Position numbers and translations under genes: made by a program. The notes under the pieces were generated by a model. It was given only the letters and a program-made list of their open reading frames with translations. It had not been told where the DNA came from and did not search any database. From assembly GCA_038244115.1 (NCBI GenBank), contig JBBRTU010000008.1:32592-96591 (forward strand): DNA of 64,000 bases, read 5' to 3'. The DNA is from Burkholderiales bacterium (lineage in GTDB: Bacteria > Pseudomonadota > Gammaproteobacteria > Burkholderiales > JBBRTU01). This document shows positions 50,954 to 60,615 of this stretch, one piece after another; the first letter of the stretch is position 1, and every line of letters starts with the position of its first letter.

Positions 50954-53035
50954 ATGATCATAAATATCGCAGCGGCTAGTTATGTATTAGCCGCGTTAGC
51001 GTTTCTCCTTCTCAGCTTATATGCCTTCCTGAGCGTAAATGGCCGTACGCACGGGGCGTCGCTGCCTCTTGCCGCCATAGTAACCGCGCTATGGGCTGGC
51101 ATTATTGCCTATGATGCGTCGCATAGTCTATTTTTATCACCCCTTGCGAATCTGCTAGAAGTGTCGAGAAATGCGGCGTGGTTCTTTTTTCTGATGCGCC
51201 TCCTTAACGTACCGAAATCAGTTGATGGAAACGCTCATCGCGGGCTACTCAAGGCGAGCGCCGGACTGTTTGGCTTCTGCGCCATTTTGCTAGTGGCCAC
51301 CTTGTATGGTGCTCTATCCGCGAGCAAAGTGGCTCAGTGGTTGTTTTCCATGTCGACTATTGGTGGTCGTGTTGTGCTGGCTATTGCAGGGCTGGTTTTG
51401 GTCGAACAGGTAATCCGCAATACCCGGGCTGATCAGCGCTGGGGTATTAAATTCCTCTGTTTTGGTTTGGGCGGAATATTTGCTTACGATTTTTTCCTAT
51501 ATTCCAACGCCATGTTATTTAAGCGCGTGGATTTTGAACTCTGGGCTGCTCGTGGTCTGGTGAATGCCTTGGTGGTTCCGCTAATCGGCATTTCCGCAGC
51601 GCGCAACAAGCAGTGGTCGCTTGATCTTGTAGTGTCTCGTCGGATGTTTTTCCATACGGCGGCTCTCCTGGGTGCCGGCGTGTATTTACTTATCATGGCT
51701 GCTGCGGGTTACTATCTTCGGGTGTTCGGAGGTACGTGGGGGGTGGTATTGCAAGCGGTATTTTTGTTTGGCGCGGCCATTCTGTTACTGGCCTTGCTTT
51801 TTTCGGGCATGCTGCGAGCAAGAATCCGCGTTTTCCTCAACAAGAATTTCTTCAACTACACCTATGACTACCGTGACGAATGGTTGCGATTAACACGGCG
51901 ACTGTCGGAAGGAGAATCCGGTACTTTGCGGGAGCGCGCTATTCAGGCAATTGCTGAGTTGGTGGAAGTGCCGGCGGGTGCGCTGTGGATGTGTCAAGAT
52001 GGCAAGGTATTTGCGCGTGTTGCCCATTGGAATATGCCAGCAGCGCTTGGCGAGGAAGCGCTTGAAGGACCTTTGGCGCGATATCTGGAGCAACGTCAGT
52101 GGGTGATCAATCTGGATGAGTATGACAGTCAACCGGAACGCTATCAGGGGCTTGTGCTTCCAGAGTGGGTTAGATCTGTGCCACGCGCTTGGCTGGTGGT
52201 GCCACTCATTGTGCATGAGCGGTTGCTCGGGTTTATGCTGCTGGCACGCTCGCTTGGCCAGGTGACGTTCAATTGGGAAGTGAGCGATATGTTGAAAACG
52301 GCAGCCCGTCAGGCTGCTACTAACCTAGCTCAAATGGAGGCCAGTGAAGCGCTGATTGTGGCGCGTCAATTTGAGGGGTTCAACCGGATGGCGGCATTTG
52401 TGGTGCATGATTTAAAAAATCTTGTGGCGCAACTGTCGTTGATGGTTGCAAACGCGCAAAAATACAAGCATGACCCGGAGTTCCAGGATGATATGATCAG
52501 TACAGCCGAAAATTCTGTTGAAAAAATGAATAAGTTGCTGGCACAGTTGCGAACCGGCGACACCGGTTTTGGTAATGAATCCAGCATGAATTTGGCTAGC
52601 CTGTTGCGAGAAACCATCGACAGCAAGAATGCGTATCGTCTAAAACCTTCACTACAACAACATACAGAGGACATTTTTATACGTGCAGATCGAGAACGTC
52701 TCTTGCGTGTGATTGGGCATATTATTCAAAATGCCATTGAAGCAACACCTTACGACGGTAGCGTGGAGGTGCGGGTTAACCGGAGAAATGCCACAGCAAT
52801 TATCGAGGTAGTAGACAACGGTTGCGGTATGGATGGGGCGTTTATTCGCGAACGGCTATTTCGTCCTTTTGATTCAACCAAAGGTTCGGGTATGGGCATT
52901 GGGGCTTACGAGTGCCGTGACTATATACACGAGCTGGGGGGGCAGGTAGAAGTGGCTAGCCTTGTCGGGAAAGGAACCACATTTCGTATAGAATTGCCGA
53001 TACAGGCGAATGACAATAGCGGAGTGATACAGTGA
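50954..53035 (+). CDS. prsK: PEP-CTERM system sensor histidine kinase PrsK
   Basis: 693-aa ORF with about 300 aa of polytopic membrane domain, a GAF-like middle region, an H-box (FVVHDLKNLV) and an HATPase domain (DNGCGMD, GSGMGIG). Start/stop overlap (GTGA) with the sigma-54 regulator gene. Confidence 0.85.
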   Translation: MIINIAAASYVLAALAFLLLSLYAFLSVNGRTHGASLPLAAIVTALWAGIIAYDASHSLFLSPLANLLEVSRNAAWFFFLMRLLNVPKSVDGNAHRGLLKASAGLFGFCAILLVATLYGALSASKVAQWLFSMSTIGGRVVLAIAGLVLVEQVIRNTRADQRWGIKFLCFGLGGIFAYDFFLYSNAMLFKRVDFELWAARGLVNALVVPLIGISAARNKQWSLDLVVSRRMFFHTAALLGAGVYLLIMAAAGYYLRVFGGTWGVVLQAVFLFGAAILLLALLFSGMLRARIRVFLNKNFFNYTYDYRDEWLRLTRRLSEGESGTLRERAIQAIAELVEVPAGALWMCQDGKVFARVAHWNMPAALGEEALEGPLARYLEQRQWVINLDEYDSQPERYQGLVLPEWVRSVPRAWLVVPLIVHERLLGFMLLARSLGQVTFNWEVSDMLKTAARQAATNLAQMEASEALIVARQFEGFNRMAAFVVHDLKNLVAQLSLMVANAQKYKHDPEFQDDMISTAENSVEKMNKLLAQLRTGDTGFGNESSMNLASLLRETIDSKNAYRLKPSLQQHTEDIFIRADRERLLRVIGHIIQNAIEATPYDGSVEVRVNRRNATAIIEVVDNGCGMDGAFIRERLFRPFDSTKGSGMGIGAYECRDYIHELGGQVEVASLVGKGTTFRIELPIQANDNSGVIQ

Positions 53036-54390
53036 GCGCGACACGCGGTACTTTGCTGGTAGTGGAGGATGATCCGGGACTGCAAAAGCAGTTGCGTTGG
53101 AGCTTCGATGGATATGATGTGCAAATTGCGGGTGATCGGGAAACAGCCATAAACCTGTTGCGGCGCTTCGAGCCACCTGTTGTGCTATTGGACCTCGGTT
53201 TGCCACCCGACCCAAATAGTGCCACCGAGGGTTTGTCCACGCTGGAGCAAATCCTCGGGCTTTCCCCGGCTACCAAAGTGATTGTTGTCACCGGCAATCA
53301 GGATCGAGTCAATGCGGTCAAGGCGATCGGCATGGGTGCGTTCGATTTTTATCAAAAACCGTTCGATTCCGAAATGCTTGGCATGATTGTCGCGCGGGCG
53401 TTTCGCGTGCATGAACTAGAACGCGAAAATCATTCCTTATTGGTGCGCCAATCGGAATCCCCCATGAAGGGCATAGTTACTGCTGACCAGCAGATGCTCA
53501 AGCTGTGCCGCACGGTGGAGAAAGTTGCGCCATCCGATGCAACGGTCTTGTTATTAGGCGAATCGGGCACAGGCAAGGAATTGCTGGCGCGGGCAGTACA
53601 GCAGCTGAGTGCGCGTGCCGATAAGCGTTTTGTCGCCATCAATTGCGCGGCGATTCCAGAAAACCTGCTTGAATCTGAGCTGTTTGGCTACGAAAAGGGC
53701 GCATTTACGGGCGCTTCCAAACATACTATCGGACGCATTGAATACGCCAATGAAGGTACCTTGTTCTTGGACGAAATCGGAGATTTGCCGCTCCCTTTGC
53801 AGGCCAAGCTGCTGCGTTTCTTGCAGGAGCGGGTGATCGAACGTTTAGGTGGTCGCGGGGAAGTGCCTGTCGACGTGCGTGTGGTCTGCGCCACGCACCA
53901 GAATTTACCAAATCTAATCAAAGAAGGCCGTTTTCGCGAAGACTTGTATTACCGGGTAAGTGAAATCACTTTTTTAATTCCGCCGCTCAGGGATAGGGAA
54001 GGCGACCCGGCGCTACTGGCACATGCTTTTCTGGACAAATTCAGTAAGCAGCAAAGCCGTACAATACGCGGCTTTACCCCGGACGCCATGGAGGCGATCG
54101 AAGCTTACCCATGGCATGGAAATGTGCGTGAAATGGAGAATGTCATCAAGCGTGCCGTGATTATGGCTGAAGGGGCCCAAATTACCGCTCCCGATCTTGG
54201 TTTGGCGGCAGCACAATCACAAGCCGAGCCAATAAATTTACGCCAGGTGCGAGAAGAGGCAGAGCGCAAAGCGATCATTCGCGCGGTAAGCCGCGCTAAC
54301 GGAAATGTTGCCCAGGCGGCAGAAATGCTTGGGGTCAGTCGCCCCACGCTGTATGACCTGATTGGTAAATACGGCTTGAAACAACCGTAA
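53032..54390 (+). CDS. prsR: PEP-CTERM-box sigma-54-dependent response regulator PrsR (NtrC/AtoC family)
   Basis: 452-aa ORF with a receiver domain (LLVVEDDPGL, VVLLDLGLPP), an AAA+ sigma-54 interaction domain (GESGTGKE, GAFTGA, ELFGYEKGAFTG) and a C-terminal Fis-type HTH (NVAQAAEMLGVSRPTLYDLI). Confidence 0.9.
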   Translation: MSATRGTLLVVEDDPGLQKQLRWSFDGYDVQIAGDRETAINLLRRFEPPVVLLDLGLPPDPNSATEGLSTLEQILGLSPATKVIVVTGNQDRVNAVKAIGMGAFDFYQKPFDSEMLGMIVARAFRVHELERENHSLLVRQSESPMKGIVTADQQMLKLCRTVEKVAPSDATVLLLGESGTGKELLARAVQQLSARADKRFVAINCAAIPENLLESELFGYEKGAFTGASKHTIGRIEYANEGTLFLDEIGDLPLPLQAKLLRFLQERVIERLGGRGEVPVDVRVVCATHQNLPNLIKEGRFREDLYYRVSEITFLIPPLRDREGDPALLAHAFLDKFSKQQSRTIRGFTPDAMEAIEAYPWHGNVREMENVIKRAVIMAEGAQITAPDLGLAAAQSQAEPINLRQVREEAERKAIIRAVSRANGNVAQAAEMLGVSRPTLYDLIGKYGLKQP

Positions 54391-54431
54391 CCATCTTGAA
54401 CAAAATTCTCCTGAGATCAAAAGGAATGTAC

Positions 54432-57218
54432 ATGAGCAAACGATTTAATAGAGTGATCACATCGGCTACGGTCTTGTTGGTGGTAATGGGTGGTTTGGCA
54501 GGTTGCGACCATGTGTTCGGCGTAGGTGAGCAGGAGCTGATCCAGCGGGCCAAAAATTTCAAGGACAAAGGGGATACCAAGGCTGCCATTATCGAACTTA
54601 AAAGCGCTTTGCAGAAAAATCCAAATAGCGCTGAGGCGCGCTGGTTGCTGGGACAGGTATATGTTCTGGCTGGACAGGGCAGCAACGCCGAGAAAGAGCT
54701 GGCGCAGGCGGCCAAGCTCGGCATAAAGGAGGAATCCATTGCGGCGTCAATGGGACAGGCGTTACTTCTGCAGCAGGACTACGAGCGCGTGCTTAAGGAA
54801 GTTAAACTCAATCCTAAGGCTTCCCCCAAAGATGCAGCGAGGATTCTGCAAGTGCAGGGCGAGGCACAACTTGGTCTGGGCCGCGTGGAACAAGGGTGTG
54901 ATTTGTATAAACAAGCACGCCAGTTTGACCCTGGCTATGTCCCGGTTTATTGGGGACTGGCTCGCTGCAACGTGGTGGAAAAAGACTTTGTACGAGCCAA
55001 AAGCCAACTTGAACAAGCGGTGAAGTTAGAACCGAAGAATGCAACCTCATGGATATTGCTTGGGAACCTAGCAAATTCGAGGGCTGACTTTGCAGCAGCA
55101 GAGGGCGCTTACACCAGTGCATTGAAGGTCGATCCAAATAATAGCGCTGCCCATTTAAATCGTGCCTCACTGTATTTGAACCTGGGCAAACTCGATGCAG
55201 CCCAAATTGAAGTCAGTGCGGCGAAAAAAGCAGACCCTAGCAACCCCGCAGCCATATATATGCAGGCACTTGTATCTTTTCGGCAGGCCAAGTACACCGA
55301 GGCGCGGGATAGTCTGCAAGAGGTCTTACGGATTGCACCAACGCACATGCCAAGCATATTGCTTTTCGGGGCTGTAGCCTATGAGCTTGGGAGCTACGAA
55401 CAGGCCGAAAAATACGCGACCAAATTCCTTGAACAGAATCCCGATAGCGTATATGCCCGTAAGATGCTGGTTGCAACGCAGTTGAAATCTGACCAGCTGA
55501 CGCGGGCGCAGGAAACGCTGAAACCGCTGCTCTCCCAAGAAAAGCCGGATGCACAGACGCTGGCATTGGAAGGTGAGGTATCGCTGAAGACGCGAGACTA
55601 TGTCAAAGCGAAAGAATTTTTCGAAAAAGCAATTGAACTTGACCCCAAAAATACCGCACTGCGCACGCAATTGGGTACAATTCGTTTGGCCAGCGGTGAC
55701 TCGGCAGGTGCAATCGGGGATTTTGAAAAAGCCGCCAGCCAAGACCCCTCTTCCTTTGGGGCCGATACCATCCTGATTCAGACTTTCTTAGGCAAGAAGG
55801 AGTGGGACAAGGCGTTTCAGGCCATCGCCGCGCTGGAGAAGAAACAGCCGAAGAACCCGATAACGTTCGATCTCAAGGGCGCTGCCTATGTTGGCAAGAA
55901 CGATTTCGCCAATGCCCGCAAGAGTTTTGAGCAGGCATTAGCGCTACAACCTACCCACTTTACTGCGGTCATGAGCCTGGCGCAACTGGACCTCAAGGAC
56001 AAGCTCCCCGAGGCTGCGCGCAAGCGTTTCGAGGACGTCCTGGCGAAAGACAAAAATAATATGCAGGCAATGTTGGCACTGGCCAACATTGCGGCGGGCA
56101 GTGGCAAAGAACTGGAATATGTAAGTTGGCTGGAAAAAGCGGCCAAGGCTAATCCTTCGGCTCTGCAACCGCTTGCGCTTTTGGCGAACTACTATGTGCA
56201 GAAGAAAGAGCCCCAGAAGGCGCTGAGGATAGCGCGCGATGCGCAAACTGCCAACCCTCAAAATCCCGACTCGCTGGATTTACTCGGCTCGGTACAATTT
56301 GCCGCAGATGAGAAGGAAAATGCACTCGCGACCTACCGCAAGCTTGTTCAATTGGTTCCCAAATCGCCGGTCGCCCACTACAAACTTGCCTCGATGCAGG
56401 CCACCGTTAAAGATGCTGCTGCTGCGCGGATATCTTTCAATAAGGCACTGGAACTTAAACCGGATTACCTTGAAGCGCAGACCGCGTTGATCTTGCTGGA
56501 AATGGAAAGCGGCAAGCCTGTGGAAGCAGTCAGAATCGCACAGAACATCCAGAGCCAGTCGCCCAAATCGCCTATGGGCTTCGCTCTGGAAGGCGATGTT
56601 CTGATGGCGCAAAAAAAATACCCCGAAGCGAAAAGCGCGTATGAAAAAGCCTTAGCGATTGGCAAAAATGGCTTGTTTGCTGTTAAGGTTCACCAGGCAC
56701 AAAGTCTCGCTGGCGATGTAAAAGGGGCTGATGCCGGGCTGCTCCAATGGTTGAAAGAATACCCCGACGACGTGGCTGTTCGTGGCCACTTGGCGCAGAC
56801 TTATATGCAAGCGGGGAGGAACAAACAGGCCATCGAACAATATGAGTTCATCTTGCAGAAAAGCCCGAATAGCGTCCCCGTGTTGAACAACCTCGCTTTT
56901 CTTTATCAGCAAGAAAAGAGCCCACGCGCCTTACCTATTGCCGAGCAGGCCTATAAACTCAGGCCGGACGTGGCTGAATCCGCCGATACGCTAGGGTGGA
57001 TTCTGGTGGAGCAGGGCAAGGTTGCGCGTGGTGTCGAAGTGTTGCAGAAAGCGGCTGCGGCAGCACCGAAGGATCCAGAAATTAGCTATCATTATGCGGT
57101 TGCATTGGTCAAATCGGGCGACAAGGCAAAGGCTCGCAAGCAGCTCGAGGCCTTGCTTGCCACCGGCCAGAAATTTCCGCAAATGGAACAAGCCAAGGTG
57201 CTGCTAAAGCAGTTGTAG
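54432..57218 (+). CDS. prsT: PEP-CTERM system TPR-repeat lipoprotein PrsT
   Basis: About 928 aa, with lipobox LAGC after a signal peptide (MSKRFNRVITSATVLLVVMGGLAGC) followed by TPR repeats throughout. The ATG at 54432 has an AAAGGA Shine-Dalgarno at suitable spacing; the ORF-track TTG at 54396 is less likely. Confidence 0.85.
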   Translation: MSKRFNRVITSATVLLVVMGGLAGCDHVFGVGEQELIQRAKNFKDKGDTKAAIIELKSALQKNPNSAEARWLLGQVYVLAGQGSNAEKELAQAAKLGIKEESIAASMGQALLLQQDYERVLKEVKLNPKASPKDAARILQVQGEAQLGLGRVEQGCDLYKQARQFDPGYVPVYWGLARCNVVEKDFVRAKSQLEQAVKLEPKNATSWILLGNLANSRADFAAAEGAYTSALKVDPNNSAAHLNRASLYLNLGKLDAAQIEVSAAKKADPSNPAAIYMQALVSFRQAKYTEARDSLQEVLRIAPTHMPSILLFGAVAYELGSYEQAEKYATKFLEQNPDSVYARKMLVATQLKSDQLTRAQETLKPLLSQEKPDAQTLALEGEVSLKTRDYVKAKEFFEKAIELDPKNTALRTQLGTIRLASGDSAGAIGDFEKAASQDPSSFGADTILIQTFLGKKEWDKAFQAIAALEKKQPKNPITFDLKGAAYVGKNDFANARKSFEQALALQPTHFTAVMSLAQLDLKDKLPEAARKRFEDVLAKDKNNMQAMLALANIAAGSGKELEYVSWLEKAAKANPSALQPLALLANYYVQKKEPQKALRIARDAQTANPQNPDSLDLLGSVQFAADEKENALATYRKLVQLVPKSPVAHYKLASMQATVKDAAAARISFNKALELKPDYLEAQTALILLEMESGKPVEAVRIAQNIQSQSPKSPMGFALEGDVLMAQKKYPEAKSAYEKALAIGKNGLFAVKVHQAQSLAGDVKGADAGLLQWLKEYPDDVAVRGHLAQTYMQAGRNKQAIEQYEFILQKSPNSVPVLNNLAFLYQQEKSPRALPIAEQAYKLRPDVAESADTLGWILVEQGKVARGVEVLQKAAAAAPKDPEISYHYAVALVKSGDKAKARKQLEALLATGQKFPQMEQAKVLLKQL

Positions 57219-57278
57219 TCGGTCGGTTGCGGCACACAATGTGCTTGGTGAACTAAGGCTTACCACATAGAGTCTGGG

Positions 57279-58067
57279 TTATTCCAGCTTCTTCAGGTAA
57301 TCCTTGGTAAACACCTTATCCGGTATATCTCGCAATTTCATGCCAGAGTAATCGAGCACGGATTGCTCGCCGTGACGTAACTCATCTTCCATCACCAGTT
57401 TGGTTGGTCGGATTCTGCCTGCCATAAGTTGAAAACCTTGGTACTTGCAAGTTTTCAGCAGCCTGTTGGAAAGCGAATAGAACTCGGCTTTGTAGGGCCA
57501 TGCACTGGCTTGTTTTACCCAATAAACTACGCGTTGATAAGTCACACTCCGATCCACAGCAGTAAGTTCAAGCACTTGGTAAACTTCGCCGTCGACGGTT
57601 TCGGCGCGCACGAGGCGTGGCACATAATCGCCGCTAAAGTTAGCGCGCGCCAAGTCTCCATTTGCCACCTGGCCTGTCAAACGCTGTGAAAGAGCAAGCC
57701 GCACCGGCTGTGAGACGTTGGGCATAAACACCCATAGGTCCCGCCCCTTCATGAGCATGATCTGTCCGCGTTCCGATGCGGGCTCGGTTACCATCACCAG
57801 CGCATTTTCGTTGCCCTTGGAAAGCACGCGGTACTTTCGCGCGTCGGCAACGCCTCCCTGATGGGTCGTGGTAATGGCAACATCGACTTGAAAGCTTTCT
57901 TGTGGAAATCGCACTGAGTCGGCCTTCTCAACGATACTTCGGGCCACGGGGTCTTCCATAGGAGGATTGGCCGCATCGACCGCATAACATTCCTTGACCA
58001 CGCCTGCAAACATCACAAGGATCCAAATACCATAGTGCACTGCGGCGGAGATTTTTGCCTCCATCAT
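57279..58067 (-). CDS. LolA-like outer-membrane lipoprotein-sorting family protein (periplasmic)
   Basis: 262-aa ORF with a signal peptide (GIWILVMFAGVVKECYA). The body resembles the LolA_like family often found next to FtsX-type ABC systems (MLMKGRDLWVFMPNVSQPVRL...LTGQVANGDLARANF). Divergent from the ABC ATPase gene. Confidence 0.7.
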   Translation of the reverse strand: MMEAKISAAVHYGIWILVMFAGVVKECYAVDAANPPMEDPVARSIVEKADSVRFPQESFQVDVAITTTHQGGVADARKYRVLSKGNENALVMVTEPASERGQIMLMKGRDLWVFMPNVSQPVRLALSQRLTGQVANGDLARANFSGDYVPRLVRAETVDGEVYQVLELTAVDRSVTYQRVVYWVKQASAWPYKAEFYSLSNRLLKTCKYQGFQLMAGRIRPTKLVMEDELRHGEQSVLDYSGMKLRDIPDKVFTKDYLKKLE

Positions 58068-58126
58068 AATTGTGTATACTCCATGTGACTAAGTGGTCGT
58101 CCTACCATCCCCCGCATAGGCCTAGT

Positions 58127-58900
58127 ATGAGTGTCGTAAGCGTAGAACATGTAAGCAAATATTATCTGCTTGGCGAGCAAAAAGTCCAAGCGTTAAAGGA
58201 TATCACCCTGGCGATTGAACCCGGCGTATTCCTTGCCATCGCAGGACCGTCTGGAAGCGGTAAAACTACGTTGCTTAACCTGATCGGCTGCATTGATACG
58301 CCCTCCAGCGGCAAGATATTCATCAACGGCCAGGATGTTAGTGGCAAAACACCAGACCAATTGGCGGACCTGCGCGCGCGTACCATCGGTTTCATTTTTC
58401 AGACTTTCAACCTGCTGCCGGTATTGACTGCAGCGGAGAACGTCGAATACCCATTGTTGCAATGCAAATCGTTGTCAAAAGCGGAGCGTCACGAACGTAT
58501 CGATTATTTCCTCGACATGGTCGGTCTGACCAAATTCGCCAGTCATCGCCCCAACCAGTTAAGCGGCGGGCAAAGGCAACGTGTGGCGATAGCCCGGGCA
58601 TTGGCTATCCGACCCGCAATTGTGCTGGCAGATGAGCCTACAGCCAACCTGGATTTAGCTACAGGAAAGGACATTCTGGTGCTAATGAAGCAGATTAACC
58701 ATCGGCTTAATACCACTTTCATCTTTTCTACGCATGATAGGCATGTCATGGCAATGGCCGATCGGTTGGTACGGATGGAAGACGGGGCTATCACTATGCT
58801 CGGCACCCGCAACAAGGATCAGTGGTCCATGGTGCCGGAGCGCCGCATGGTGCCGGAGCGCCGGCACGATCAAATCAATGTGGGGCAGGAAGGCATATAG
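58127..58900 (+). CDS. ABC transporter ATP-binding protein, LolD/MacB type
   Basis: Start at MSVVSVEHVSKYY. Walker A GPSGSGKTT, Q-loop FQTFNLLP, signature LSGGQRQRVAIARAL, Walker B IVLADEPTANLD. It also has an unusual C-terminal tail of about 40 aa containing the MVPERR duplication. Confidence 0.9.
   Translation: MSVVSVEHVSKYYLLGEQKVQALKDITLAIEPGVFLAIAGPSGSGKTTLLNLIGCIDTPSSGKIFINGQDVSGKTPDQLADLRARTIGFIFQTFNLLPVLTAAENVEYPLLQCKSLSKAERHERIDYFLDMVGLTKFASHRPNQLSGGQRQRVAIARALAIRPAIVLADEPTANLDLATGKDILVLMKQINHRLNTTFIFSTHDRHVMAMADRLVRMEDGAITMLGTRNKDQWSMVPERRMVPERRHDQINVGQEGI
58828..58863 (+). repeat. Perfect in-frame 18-bp tandem duplication (CATGGTGCCGGAGCGCCG x2) in the ABC ATPase tail
   Basis: Read directly in the sequence. 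It encodes MVPERR-MVPERR. Confidence 0.95.
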
Positions 58901-58918
58901 CCATTAGGGGATAAAAAT

Positions 58919-60604
58919 ATGAAAGCAACAGGGGCAAATGGAAGGTTGAGCCTAAGTGTAACGCTGGCCTTGTGCGCGGCAAGCACGTGGGCCTCAACGG
59001 CAAGTCAGGTAGGTGCGTTTTCCCAGACCGCCAATACAGAAGCAACAGCCCCTATAGTTGGCAAGGCAGGTTACGCAATTACGACACAGAAAACTAATCA
59101 AAACAAAGGGGAGCCAACCCGGGCGCTGGTTGACACCAATCCCAATACAGATATTCCGTTGACATTAAGCCAATTCCAGCGTGATGGATCACGTGTATAC
59201 GCGGTCAAGATTGCAGGGGATGCAGCGAAAGAGGGAAAGCCAATTTTGCTCGCGGCAGAGACGGCGGGCCGGGAAGGGATCATTACGCGCGATTCCCTGT
59301 TCTCAGACGTAGATGATGCCCCGAAAAAAGAAAATGCCAAGGAGTCACTATTTGGTGATGACTTAGACCTCCCGAAAAAGGAGAGCGCTGTATTCTCCAG
59401 CTGGAAAGGATTCATACAGGCCGAGTTGGCACGAACCATTGTTGGTCCCGCGCACTGGTCCAAGATGCTTACCCGCGCGGAATTTGGCAAGCAAGGCAAC
59501 CTGGGCGAAGAGATTAAGTGGAAAGCAAGCGCTCGGGTGGATTACAACGCAGTGTATGACCATGACAATTATTACCCCACTGATGTCCGCAACGACCAGC
59601 GGCTGAATTTCACCCTGCTGGAGAATTATGTCGATATCGGCGCCGGCGACTGGGATTTTCGCCTGGGCCGCCAACATGTCGTGTGGGGCGAAATGGTGGG
59701 ACTGTTTTTCGCTGATGTGGTTTCAGCCAAGGATATGCGGGAATTCATCCTGCCCGAGTTCGAAGTTTTGCGCATCCCCCAGTGGGCCGCTCGCGCCGAG
59801 TATTTCAAGGATGATTTTCACGCAGAACTGCTGTGGATTCCGGTTGCGTCCTATGACGAAATCGGCAAGCCCGGTGCAGAGTTCTTCCCTTGGGCGCCTC
59901 CAGCGCCATCTGGCTACGCTACCGTCTACAACAACGAGATACGTCCAAACCGCAATCTCGATAACGCCAACTACGGCCTGCGCCTGTCGACATTGCAAAA
60001 TGGCTGGGATGTCTCCGGTTTCTACTACCGCAGCATGGATTCGGCACCTACCTTTTACCGTGATATCGTAACCGTTCCCCAACCTACTTTCGTTTATGAA
60101 GCGCGGCATGACCGTATCGAGCAGTTCGGCGGCACAGTGGCTAAAGACTTGGGATCGGCGGTTCTCAAAGGGGAAGCCGTGTATACCCATGGACGAAAAT
60201 TCAACGTCTTGCGCCTAAACGAGCCAGATGGCGTGGTGCCGCAGGATACCTTTGATTGGGCGGCTGGGCTCGATTTCACTTTGCTCGCCGATACTCGGCT
60301 TAACCTGCAGTTGTTTCAGCGGGTGTACCTTGCGCACGATCCGGACATTATTCCAGAGAAATACGAGAACGGGTGCAGCGTACTGTTGAACAGTAAGTTG
60401 ACAGACCACATTGAGGCGCAGGCATTATGGATTTCAAGTCTTAACCGCAGCGACTGGGTGTTCCGACCGAGATTGGCGTGGACCATGGAGAAAAACTGGC
60501 GCCTGCTGTTTGGCTTCGACATCTTTAAAGGCCCACCGCTTGGGATGTTTGGCCGTTTCGACAAACAGGATCGGGCATATACCGAAATACGCTACAGCTT
60601 TTAA
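58919..60604 (+). CDS. Putative outer-membrane beta-barrel protein (DUF1302/alginate-export-like)
   Basis: 561-aa ORF with a signal peptide (LSVTLALCAASTWAS), a low-complexity N-terminal linker and an FRLGRQHVVWGE motif. It has alternating amphipathic stretches and the OMP-type C-terminus YTEIRYSF. The exact family was not verified. Confidence 0.6.
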   Translation: MKATGANGRLSLSVTLALCAASTWASTASQVGAFSQTANTEATAPIVGKAGYAITTQKTNQNKGEPTRALVDTNPNTDIPLTLSQFQRDGSRVYAVKIAGDAAKEGKPILLAAETAGREGIITRDSLFSDVDDAPKKENAKESLFGDDLDLPKKESAVFSSWKGFIQAELARTIVGPAHWSKMLTRAEFGKQGNLGEEIKWKASARVDYNAVYDHDNYYPTDVRNDQRLNFTLLENYVDIGAGDWDFRLGRQHVVWGEMVGLFFADVVSAKDMREFILPEFEVLRIPQWAARAEYFKDDFHAELLWIPVASYDEIGKPGAEFFPWAPPAPSGYATVYNNEIRPNRNLDNANYGLRLSTLQNGWDVSGFYYRSMDSAPTFYRDIVTVPQPTFVYEARHDRIEQFGGTVAKDLGSAVLKGEAVYTHGRKFNVLRLNEPDGVVPQDTFDWAAGLDFTLLADTRLNLQLFQRVYLAHDPDIIPEKYENGCSVLLNSKLTDHIEAQALWISSLNRSDWVFRPRLAWTMEKNWRLLFGFDIFKGPPLGMFGRFDKQDRAYTEIRYSF

Positions 60605-60615
60605 GGAAATCGGAA

